Part shown: in pieces, positions 1 to 7,967 of the stretch
Position numbering within the stretch: the stretch's first letter is position 1
Layout: each line of letters opens with the position of its first letter
Assembly (NCBI RefSeq): GCF_000270205.1
Contig: NC_015913.1
Span: 120,001-152,000, forward strand
Reading direction: 5' to 3'
Length of the DNA: 32,000 nucleotides
From: Candidatus Arthromitus sp. SFB-mouse-Japan
GTDB taxonomy: Bacteria > Bacillota > Clostridia > Clostridiales > Clostridiaceae
Program-made: the position numbers and the translations under genes
The notes under the pieces: model-generated
The model's input: the letters and a program-made list of their open reading frames with translations, nothing else
Told to the model about the DNA's origin: nothing
Database searches by the model: none

Positions 1-90
1 CGGATACCTAAAGTAAACATCGCATTAGATATAGCAAAAGCTCTTAACACAACGGTGGAAGAACTATTTAGTAATGATAAATTACAATAA
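1..90 (+). CDS. 3' end of an XRE/Cro-type helix-turn-helix regulator (5' truncated by the window edge)
   Basis: Frame 1 reads RIPKVNIALDIAKALNTTVEELFSNDKLQ then TAA at 88-90. The L.IAKAL..tvEELF tail is typical of the end of an HTH_3 (XRE) domain. Confidence 0.5.
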   Translation, partial: RIPKVNIALDIAKALNTTVEELFSNDKLQ

Positions 91-144
91 ATTACGTTAA
101 GTAATGATAAGTAACATAATAACACAAAAAGGAGATTAGGACAA

Positions 145-363
145 ATGGCAAATGATATTTTATACACTGTACCCGAGGTATCAAAATTGATTAAAACCAA
201 TCCATCTTATGTTTACACATTAATAAGATTAGGATTACTACCAGCGCTAAAACTTGGGAGTTTAAAAGTAAGGAGGACAAGCCTATTAGATTTTTTAGAG
301 AGATTTGAAGGCAAGGATTTAACAGATTTGGAACATATAAGAGATTTAGAAACAGGAGTGTAA
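145..363 (+). CDS. Excisionase-family (HTH_17, MerR-like) DNA-binding protein
   Basis: 72 aa. The stretch YTVPEVSKLIKTNPSYVYTLIRLGLLPALKLGSLKVRRTSLLDFLE matches the helix-turn-helix plus wing pattern of excisionase-type HTH domains. RBS AAAGGAG lies 9 nt upstream of the ATG. Confidence 0.7.
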   Translation: MANDILYTVPEVSKLIKTNPSYVYTLIRLGLLPALKLGSLKVRRTSLLDFLERFEGKDLTDLEHIRDLETGV

Positions 364-367
364 AAGT

Positions 368-547
368 ATGATAAGAAAACAAATTGAATCTTTAATTGGA
401 CAAGTTGATGATAGGACTTATGCCGAGGCTCTGAAAATGACCGAGGCAGATATTAAAGCTAACAGGTTAAGCTTTAATCTGAAAACACAAATAGAAGACT
501 TTATTTTAATCCTTATTAACTCTATTAAGATAATAAGGAGAAAATAA
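368..547 (+). CDS. Small hypothetical protein (59 aa; below the ORF-track cutoff)
   Basis: Hand translation: ATG at 368, MIRKQIESLIGQVDDRTYAEALKMTEADIKANRLSFNLKTQIEDFILILINSIKIIRRK, TAA at 545-547. It is tightly packed 4 nt after the previous stop. No recognisable domain. Confidence 0.35.
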   Translation: MIRKQIESLIGQVDDRTYAEALKMTEADIKANRLSFNLKTQIEDFILILINSIKIIRRK

Positions 548-632
548 AATCTCCAAAAATAAAAAACCAATATGATTGTACCAAATATTTAATAATAAGA
601 AAAGTTTTTTAACAAATAAAAATGTATGAGGT

Positions 633-899
633 ATGGATCCGTTAACTGATGAGTTGGTAATAGCTTATAGTGTACAACCAAACGATACAGAGGTAAAAAT
701 AGTCAAACTAAAACTAGAAGAATGGGACAAGGATGAATTAAAAGATATACTTGCGGGGGATTTTGTAACCTTTGAGACGTTAGAGGTAGTCACACCAGAG
801 GAACTATCAGATGTAGTATCTGATTGGATAAGCTTTAATGATGATCTGACAGATGATGAGTTTATAGATTCTTGTGTAAAAAATATAACTAAACAGTAA
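633..899 (+). CDS. Small, strongly acidic early protein, function unknown
   Basis: 88 aa. Hand count gives 14 D + 10 E versus 7 K + 0 R (net about -17). The RBS GAGG is very close to the ATG, so the start is uncertain. Confidence 0.55.
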   Translation: MDPLTDELVIAYSVQPNDTEVKIVKLKLEEWDKDELKDILAGDFVTFETLEVVTPEELSDVVSDWISFNDDLTDDEFIDSCVKNITKQ

Positions 900-915
900 T
901 GGAGGACTGAAATTT

Positions 916-1215
916 ATGATATTAACTTTTAAGCTAGATTCTAATGATACTAACGGGATTAAAAAATTAATAACTTTATGTGAAAATTTACTAAGTTTTG
1001 AAGAAACAGCTACCCCGGAACTTGAATTTGTTAGGGAAGAACCTAAAACAGATATTAAAATTGATGACTTGAGGAATGCATTAATAAAGTTAGCAAAGGA
1101 TAAAGGGAAAGAAACTGCCAAAGAATTACTAAATGAATTTAAGGTTGAAAAACTTACAGATGTAAATACATCTGACTATGATAGATTATTACAGCGTATA
1201 CGTGAGGTGCAATAA
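916..1215 (+). CDS. Hypothetical early protein
   Basis: 99-aa ORF with GGAGG 10 nt upstream. Its stop overlaps the next start (TAATG). No recognised domain. Confidence 0.55.
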   Translation: MILTFKLDSNDTNGIKKLITLCENLLSFEETATPELEFVREEPKTDIKIDDLRNALIKLAKDKGKETAKELLNEFKVEKLTDVNTSDYDRLLQRIREVQ

Positions 1216-2351
1216 TGTTACATGCTAAATTATCAGCAAGTGGTGCTAAAAAGTGGATTAATTGTCCTTTATCAGTAGTGCTGGAAAGTAAGATGCCGAA
1301 TGAAGAAACACCATATGCAAAAGAAGGAACTTTAGCCCACGAATTAAGTGAATTAAAGCTTAGAAGGGAATTAAATCTAATAGGTAAAGAGGCTTATGAT
1401 ACCGAAGTTAGTAAACTTGATTATGATGATGAGATGGACAAGTATACAGATTATTACTGTGATGTAGTGATGGAGATTGTAAATAAATATGATCGCAATT
1501 ATAGCACGGTCAGACTAGAGGAAAAGGTCGATTTTAGTCCATGGGTGCCAGAGGGATTTGGGACATCTGATGTAATCATTATATCGGATAACACCGCGGA
1601 AGTAGTTGATCTCAAATATGGTAAAGGTGTTAAAGTATCTGCAGATAACAACCCTCAATTAATGCTCTATGCACTAGGTGTATTAAACGATTACAATTAT
1701 ATTTGTGATATTAAAGAGGTTAATTTAACAATTGTACAACCTAGGCTGGATAGTATATCTAGTTTTAAGATAAATGTTTATGATCTGCTTGAGTGGGGCG
1801 AGACTATAAGAGTTAAAGCATTAAAAGCTTTTAATGGTGAAGGAGATTGTGTAGTAGGTAAGCATTGCGATGATGGATTTTGTAGAGCTCGCCCTATCTG
1901 TAAAGCCTACGCTGATGAGAGACTAAAGATAGCCAAATATGATTTTAAAGATCCAGCGGAATTAAGTGCTGATGATATAGCAGATATCCTCGGGACTGTA
2001 GATGAGCTAGTTAGATGGAGTAAAACAATTAAGGATTATGCTTTAACTAAGGCTTTAAGCGGTGAGGAGTATAAGGGATTCAAACTGGTTGAGGGGAGGA
2101 GTAATAGAACATTTAACATAGATGATTCTAAAGTTCTTGAGATTTTAAAAGGTGGAGGTTTTAAAGAATCTGAGGTTTGTGAGACAACTCTTAAGAGTCT
2201 AAGTAGTCTCGAAAAAATGATAGGTAAAAAGGATTTCAAAACTATGCTGGGCAGTCATGTTATTAAACCTATGGGCAAACCTACCCTAGTACCAATAGAT
2301 GATGTAAGACCTGTATACAATAGTGCAGTTAACGATTTTAATAACATTTAA
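1215..2351 (+). CDS. PD-(D/E)XK nuclease, Cas4/RecB-like (DUF2800 family)
   Basis: N-terminus LSASGAKKWINCP; nuclease core SDVIIISDNTAEVVDLKYGKG (D...D-x-K) followed by QLMLYA; C-terminal Cys cluster CDDGFCRARPIC. Position ahead of DUF2815 and PolA matches the known conserved phage replication module. Confidence 0.8.
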   Translation: MLHAKLSASGAKKWINCPLSVVLESKMPNEETPYAKEGTLAHELSELKLRRELNLIGKEAYDTEVSKLDYDDEMDKYTDYYCDVVMEIVNKYDRNYSTVRLEEKVDFSPWVPEGFGTSDVIIISDNTAEVVDLKYGKGVKVSADNNPQLMLYALGVLNDYNYICDIKEVNLTIVQPRLDSISSFKINVYDLLEWGETIRVKALKAFNGEGDCVVGKHCDDGFCRARPICKAYADERLKIAKYDFKDPAELSADDIADILGTVDELVRWSKTIKDYALTKALSGEEYKGFKLVEGRSNRTFNIDDSKVLEILKGGGFKESEVCETTLKSLSSLEKMIGKKDFKTMLGSHVIKPMGKPTLVPIDDVRPVYNSAVNDFNNI

Positions 2352-2366
2352 TAAGGAGAGTAAGAC

Positions 2367-2927
2367 ATGGAAAATTTGAATACAAAAGTAATCACAGGGA
2401 AAGTAAGATTTAGTTATGCAAATGTATGGGAGCCAAAAAGTATAAACGGGAGTAATCCTAAATATTCAATATCTTTACTAATTCCAAAATCGGATACTCA
2501 AACATTAAATAACATAAAACAAGCAATCGAAAATGCAAAGAAAATAGGATTGAGTGTTTTTAACGGTAAAGTACCAGCCAATATTAAAACACCACTAAGA
2601 GATGGAGATATTGAAAAACCAGATGATGAGATTTACGCAGGTTGTTATTTTGTAAATGCAAATAGTGTTAATAAACCAGGTATGCTGGATAAATATAAAA
2701 ATCCAATTACTAACCCAGAGGATTTCTATAGTGGCTGTTATGGATATGCATCAATCAATTTTTATGCTTTTAATACTAACGGTAACAAGGGTATTGCTTG
2801 CGGACTTAACAACCTCATGAAGATAGAGGATGGAGAACCACTAGGAGGACGAGTAAGTGCTGAGATAGATTTTGAGGGAATTGATGCAGCGACTCTAAAC
2901 GCAGAAATGGATGAGATATTAGGATAA
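2367..2927 (+). CDS. DUF2815-family ssDNA-binding-like replication protein
   Basis: 186 aa. The opening VITGKVRFSYANVWEPKS and the acidic C-terminal tail (DAATLNAEMDEILG) fit the DUF2815 / SSB-like pattern. Synteny between DUF2800 and PolA supports the call. Confidence 0.7.
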   Translation: MENLNTKVITGKVRFSYANVWEPKSINGSNPKYSISLLIPKSDTQTLNNIKQAIENAKKIGLSVFNGKVPANIKTPLRDGDIEKPDDEIYAGCYFVNANSVNKPGMLDKYKNPITNPEDFYSGCYGYASINFYAFNTNGNKGIACGLNNLMKIEDGEPLGGRVSAEIDFEGIDAATLNAEMDEILG

Positions 2928-4846
2928 TGAGAACACTCGCGATAGATATTGAAACTTATAGCGATATAGATATTAAAAAAGCAGGGGTCTATGCTTACGC
3001 AGGATCTACTGCTTTTACTATACTCTTATTCGCCTATAGGTATGATGACGAAGAAGTAAAATTAATTGATTTAACAGAGACAAAAACATTACCTCAAAGC
3101 ATTATAGATGATCTTATTAATCCTAATATTATTAAGACAGCATATAATGCAAATTTTGAGAGGGTATGTTTATCTAAATTTTTAAATATTAAATTACCAA
3201 TTGATGATTGGAGATGTACAGCAGTGCAAGCATCAATGTTAGGATTACCTAACAACCTCAAAGATGTAGCTAAGGTATTAAACCTAGAATCTCAAAAGGA
3301 TTCTAAGGGTACAAGGCTTATAAATTATTTTTCAGTTCCTTATAAAGGGCAAAGACGTATGCCTAGTGAGGATATTATAAAGTGGGAGGAATTTAAAAGT
3401 TATTGTATCCAGGACGTAAAAGTGGAGTCTGCAATAAGAGATAGATTAAGTAAGTATCCAATATCAGACTCGGAGCAAGAGTTATACATAATAGATCAGA
3501 TTATTAATGACAGAGGTATCAAGGTGGATGAGGTTTTTGTGGATAATGCCATAAGATTTGATGCAATCCACACAGACATATGTAAGCAAGCTTTTAATGA
3601 GTTAACTGGAGGAGTTAATCCTAAGTCAAGCACTCAAATCAAAGAGTATTTAATTAATAGAGGTCTTAAGGTATCAAACGTTGATAAATCGACTATAGCC
3701 GATATCATAAAAGATACAGATGATAAAGGGTTAAAACAAATACTTGATTTAAAACTAAAGCTTGGTAAGACATCAGTTAAAAAGTACGAGGCTATGAAAA
3801 GATGTACTTGTAGCGATGGGCGTATAAGAGGCTTATTACAGTTCTATGGAGCAAATCGTACAGGTAGATGGGCAGGGAGATTAGTACAAGTACACAACTT
3901 ACCACAAAATCATTTGGATAATCTAGAGGATGTTAGGGGTTTAATAGTTAATGGGGATTATGATCTGTTAGAGATGCTCTATGATAACATCCCAGATGTA
4001 TTATCTCAACTTATAAGGACAGCTTTTATTCCAAGTGAGGGGAAAAAGTTTATAGTATGCGATTTTTCAGCGATTGAAGCTAGAGTAATAGCATATCTAG
4101 CCGATGAAAAATGGAGGATAGATGTATTTAATACTCATGGGAAAATCTATGAAGCCTCAGCCGCTCAAATGTTTAAAGTACCTATTGAATCTATAACAAA
4201 ATCCAGTCCACTCAGGCAAAAAGGAAAAATTGCTGAGCTTGCACTCGGTTACGGAGGTAGCGTTGGAGCATTAAAGCAAATGGGAGCTACTAACATGGGA
4301 TTAGATGAAGATGAACTTCAAGGACTCGTTGATAGTTGGAGATTGGCTAACCCTAATATAACCAGATTTTGGAAAACTGTTGAAAAATCTGCAATAAACG
4401 CTGTTAAAGGCATAGCGTCTATCATAGATAAAGGTATAAAATTTAAGAGAGAGGATGGGATATTATTTATAACCCTTCCATCTGGTAGGAGATTAGCATA
4501 TGTAAAACCCCGAATTGTATTAAATAGCTTTGGCAGTGAATCTATAGCTTATAATGGGGTAAATGGAACAACCAAAGTTTGGGAAGAGATCGAAACCTAC
4601 GGGGGAAAGCTTGTTGAAAATATTGTACAAGCAGTGGCAAGAGATTGCTTAGCAGAGAGTATTAAAAGATTACATAAGAGAGGGTATAGGATAATATTCC
4701 ACGTGCATGATGAGGTTATCCTCGAATCTGATAAAGATATTAAAGTTGAAGATATAGAGAGTATTATGGCTGAGCCTATTAAGTGGGCAGAAGGTTTAAA
4801 TTTAAGTGCTGCTGGATTCGAAGCAGATTTTTATAAAAAAGATTAA
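2927..4846 (+). CDS. Family A DNA polymerase with 3'-5' exonuclease domain
   Basis: Exo I motif AIDIETYS; Pol motif A CDFSAIEARVIAYLA; motif B RQKGKIAELALGYGGS; motif C IFHVHDEVILE. Confidence 0.92.
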   Translation: MRTLAIDIETYSDIDIKKAGVYAYAGSTAFTILLFAYRYDDEEVKLIDLTETKTLPQSIIDDLINPNIIKTAYNANFERVCLSKFLNIKLPIDDWRCTAVQASMLGLPNNLKDVAKVLNLESQKDSKGTRLINYFSVPYKGQRRMPSEDIIKWEEFKSYCIQDVKVESAIRDRLSKYPISDSEQELYIIDQIINDRGIKVDEVFVDNAIRFDAIHTDICKQAFNELTGGVNPKSSTQIKEYLINRGLKVSNVDKSTIADIIKDTDDKGLKQILDLKLKLGKTSVKKYEAMKRCTCSDGRIRGLLQFYGANRTGRWAGRLVQVHNLPQNHLDNLEDVRGLIVNGDYDLLEMLYDNIPDVLSQLIRTAFIPSEGKKFIVCDFSAIEARVIAYLADEKWRIDVFNTHGKIYEASAAQMFKVPIESITKSSPLRQKGKIAELALGYGGSVGALKQMGATNMGLDEDELQGLVDSWRLANPNITRFWKTVEKSAINAVKGIASIIDKGIKFKREDGILFITLPSGRRLAYVKPRIVLNSFGSESIAYNGVNGTTKVWEEIETYGGKLVENIVQAVARDCLAESIKRLHKRGYRIIFHVHDEVILESDKDIKVEDIESIMAEPIKWAEGLNLSAAGFEADFYKKD

Positions 4847-4861
4847 TGAGGTGTTGTTTAT

Positions 4862-7048
4862 ATGATTATGTATGTTGCTAATAGCAGAAAAAATAAATTT
4901 TGGACTAAAGTGGAGTTAACTTGGGATGATTTTGTAGAGAATCTTAGGAAACCAATCAGAACAGATGAAACACAAGAAGAATATTTCAGTATGCCTAAGG
5001 ATAAACAAGATGATATTAAAGATGTTGGTGGGTTTGTTGGAGGTGAATTAAAAAAGGGGTTACGTAGATCAGGTAATGTAATAAACAGATGTTTATTAAC
5101 ATTAGACGCTGACTATGCAACCCAAGACTCAATAAAATATTTGGACGAATGTGCAGATTTTAGTTACTGCCTATACTCGACGCATAAGCACACGAGGGAT
5201 AATCCTCGCTACAGATTAATTATACCACTTTCTCGGCCGTGTATCACGGATGAATATGAAGCTATAGGAAGAAAAGTCGCTAGCCAATTAGGGATTGATA
5301 TGTTTGACGATACAACATATCAACCACATAGACTTATGTATTATCCGAGTGTTAGTAAAGATGGGGAGTATGTATTTAAACATAAAAACGGAACCTTTTT
5401 AGATGTAGATAAGACATTAAAATTATACGGTATTAGTTGGAAGAATAGAGCTAATTGGCCAGTATCTGACAGGGAACAAACAAAAATAAGAGTGTCTAAA
5501 AATAAGCAGCAAGACCCGCGAGAAAAAGAAGGATTAATAGGAGCTTTCTGCAGAGCTTACAACGTGCATGAGGTAATCGAAGAATATTTATCAGACGTCT
5601 ATAAAGAGTGTGGGAATGATAGATATACATATCGCAAGGGTAGTACATATGGAGGGGTGCTGGTATATGATGATGGATTATTCACATACTCAAATCATGC
5701 GACTGATCCAACATGTGGCAGATTGTGCAACGCTTTTGATTTAGTTCGTATCCATATTTTTGGACATTTGGACGAGGGATTTAAACAAACGATAAATGTA
5801 AAGTATCTGCCTTCTTTTAAAGCTATGAACTATTTGGCGTACAAAAATAAAAAAATAGACCCAAGAGAAGTAGAAAGTTTTAAAAAATACAAGGGTAAAC
5901 TTAAAAAGCGCGAGGAACATATAGCTATAAAGTATGGAGATCATGTCATGATATTCGAGGGAGCTGGTAACGGAGCATGTAACACGAAAGAATGCGGGTT
6001 TGAAGTACTTAGAAATACCGTTACTAGCTATGCAGAAAAGCATAAAAAACAAGAAAAAATAAGACCTGATGAATTATGGAAAAATGAATTAAAATACAAT
6101 AAAAAAAGAATAATTATGCATTCTATTGATAATATTGAACTTATTTTATCTAACGATAAAAATTTGAAAAATAAATTTGCGTTAGACACTTTTGATAGTA
6201 AGATTTGGGTCCATGGGGAGTTACCTTGGGATAGAAAACATAAGACTAAGAGACAATGGGAAGATTTTGACGATGCGGGATTGAGAGCGTATCTCGAAAA
6301 GAATTATGGTATAAATCACCGCAATAATACTTATGATGCGTGGGAAGTAGTTGTAAGAAAAAATAAATATAACTCAGTCGCAAAGTATTTAATATCTCTA
6401 AGGCATGATGGGATCAAGCGTTTAGATACACTGTTTATTGATTACTTGGGTGTTGAAGATAATATATATTCAAGATCCGTAACACGCAAATCACTTGTTG
6501 GGGCTGTTGCTAGAGTATTCGAGCCAGGTATAAAGTTAGATACGAGTATAGTACTGGTAGGAGACCAAGGTGTTGGTAAAAGTCAGATAATTAATAGGTT
6601 AGGTAAAGAATGGTACAGCGATAGTATAACGACACTCAAAGGTCGAGAGGCATGCGAGCAGATACAAGGCTTTTGGATTATAGAGATCGCAGAACTTGCG
6701 GCAATGGCAAGGACGGAAATAGAAACCATAAAACAATTTATGACAAAACAAGAGGACACATATAGGAGTGCATACGCACGGAATGTAAAGAGCCACAAGA
6801 GGCAGTGTATTTTTATCTGTACTACCAACAACCACGATTGTCCAAGAGATACGACAGGTAATAGAAGATTCTTGCCACTAGATGTTGATGCTAACAAAGC
6901 TACAAAGAATATATGGAGAGAATTAAACTCTTATGAAGTAGATCAAATATGGGCGGAGGCAGTGAAATATTATAAGGCTGGCGAATCATTAATATTGGAT
7001 AAAGAGGCTAATGATCTAGCAAAAGAGCAGCAAAGAGAGTCATACTAA
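4862..7048 (+). CDS. Primase-polymerase / VirE-family primase-helicase (main ORF; C-terminal part displaced by a frameshift)
   Basis: N-terminal Prim-Pol-like motifs LTLDADY and YSTHKHT..PRYRLIIPL. VirE/D5-like NTPase with Walker A VGDQGVGKSQ and Walker B-like FWIIEIAEL. RBS GAGGTG lies 8 nt upstream of the ATG. Confidence 0.85.
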   Translation: MIMYVANSRKNKFWTKVELTWDDFVENLRKPIRTDETQEEYFSMPKDKQDDIKDVGGFVGGELKKGLRRSGNVINRCLLTLDADYATQDSIKYLDECADFSYCLYSTHKHTRDNPRYRLIIPLSRPCITDEYEAIGRKVASQLGIDMFDDTTYQPHRLMYYPSVSKDGEYVFKHKNGTFLDVDKTLKLYGISWKNRANWPVSDREQTKIRVSKNKQQDPREKEGLIGAFCRAYNVHEVIEEYLSDVYKECGNDRYTYRKGSTYGGVLVYDDGLFTYSNHATDPTCGRLCNAFDLVRIHIFGHLDEGFKQTINVKYLPSFKAMNYLAYKNKKIDPREVESFKKYKGKLKKREEHIAIKYGDHVMIFEGAGNGACNTKECGFEVLRNTVTSYAEKHKKQEKIRPDELWKNELKYNKKRIIMHSIDNIELILSNDKNLKNKFALDTFDSKIWVHGELPWDRKHKTKRQWEDFDDAGLRAYLEKNYGINHRNNTYDAWEVVVRKNKYNSVAKYLISLRHDGIKRLDTLFIDYLGVEDNIYSRSVTRKSLVGAVARVFEPGIKLDTSIVLVGDQGVGKSQIINRLGKEWYSDSITTLKGREACEQIQGFWIIEIAELAAMARTEIETIKQFMTKQEDTYRSAYARNVKSHKRQCIFICTTNNHDCPRDTTGNRRFLPLDVDANKATKNIWRELNSYEVDQIWAEAVKYYKAGESLILDKEANDLAKEQQRESY

Positions 7049-7364
7049 ACACAACCCTCTTGAGGGTATTGTTAATGAGTATTTGGAAATGCCCGTACCA
7101 GATGATTGGTATGAGAAAGATACTTTTGAAAGGATCAACTATATAAGAAATGAGAAGAGAGTAGGAAAACCTAGAAACAAAATATGTGTTATTGAGGTGT
7201 GGTGCGAATTACTCGAGGGGGACAAAAAAGATTTAGATCAACGCAAAAGTCGTGAAATAACAACCCTGATACTTAAAAGCGGAGAGTGGGAGAGAGCAAG
7301 TATGATAAGAACTGGATATTTATACGGGAGACAAAGAGGATTCAAAAGGAAAAATTCATCCTAA
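7020..7364 (+). pseudogene. Displaced C-terminal segment of the VirE primase-helicase (+1 frame relative to 4862-7048)
   Basis: This frame is open from 7020 and reads ..ESHTKHNPLEGIVNEYLEMPVPDDWYEKDTFERINYI...ICVIEVWCELLEG...GEWERASMIRTGYLYGRQRGFKRK. From memory, that pattern forms the contiguous C-terminus of full-length VirE proteins. There is no convincing RBS before ATG 7089 or TTG 7083. Confidence 0.6.
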
Positions 7365-7640
7365 GTGTCAACACTTGCAACACTTGGAGCAACTGATATA
7401 TTGAAAAGTGTTGCTTCTCATAAAGCTTAAAATATAAGGCTTATAACTATATAAGCAACAATGTCAACACTTATATATATAAAAGAGTATAAATAATAAA
7501 AATATATAGATATACAGAAATATAGATATATAAAAAATATATAACTATATAGAAAAAGTGTTCCTAGTGTTGCTCTGTTGACATTAAACGCTTGAGAATA
7601 GATAATACATAGGTTTGGGAGAGCAACACTTTCAGTTGAT
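7365..7640. repeat. Iteron-like array of (T/G)CAACACTT boxes flanking a ~10% GC core; candidate origin of replication or regulator-binding array
   Basis: Direct copies at 7368-7376, 7377-7385, 7464-7472 and 7623-7631. Inverted copies AAGTGTTGC at 7406-7414 and AGTGTTGC at 7566-7573, with a partial copy at 7556-7562. The core 7473-7555 has 8 G/C in 83 nt and contains the palindrome TATAGATATA twice (7505-7514, 7521-7530). Confidence 0.55.
7578..7606 (+). promoter_or_regulatory. Sigma-A-type promoter for the VRR-NUC/SNF2 operon
   Basis: TTGACA (7578-7583), 17-nt spacer, GATAAT (7601-7606). It is bracketed by the perfect inverted pair AGTGTTGCTC (7566-7575) / GAGCAACACT (7621-7630). Confidence 0.5.
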
Positions 7641-7658
7641 AATTTTAATGGAGTTTTT

Positions 7659-7967
7659 ATGTTAGAAAAAACTATTGAGAATTACTTTAAAATCAAAATT
7701 GAATCTAATGGAGGTTTGTGTATAAAACTAAATGGGTTTGTTGGCATACCAGATAGGTTGATCCTATTACCTAGTGGTAGAATATTTTTTGTAGAATTTA
7801 AGCAAAAAGGTAAAAAACCTCGTAAGATTCAAAGTTTTATACATGATAAATTAAGGAGTTTAGGTTTTAGAGTTTATGTTATAGATAATAAGGACAAAAT
7901 AGAGGAGGTTTGCAGGGAGTGGAATTTAGACCTCACAAATACCAAGAAGAAGCAATTAACAAGATAA
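7659..7967 (+). CDS. VRR-NUC domain nuclease
   Basis: 102 aa. GIPDRLILLPSGRIFFVEFKQKGKKPRKIQ carries the D...E-x-K signature of VRR-NUC. Confidence 0.85.
   Translation: MLEKTIENYFKIKIESNGGLCIKLNGFVGIPDRLILLPSGRIFFVEFKQKGKKPRKIQSFIHDKLRSLGFRVYVIDNKDKIEEVCREWNLDLTNTKKKQLTR

Noticed and set aside
1215-2351. Cas4-like nuclease considered as evidence for a CRISPR-Cas or defence locus
   Set aside because: The DUF2800 PD-(D/E)XK nuclease sits in the standard DUF2800-DUF2815-PolA-VirE-VRR-NUC-SNF2 phage replication module. Its context argues for a recombination/replication role.
7365-7658. Repeat-rich intergenic region considered as a CRISPR array or small-RNA gene
   Set aside because: The repeats are only 9-10 bp, occur in both orientations and have irregular spacing. 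That does not fit the CRISPR repeat-spacer architecture, and there are no cas genes. A small RNA cannot be excluded, but nothing specific supports one.
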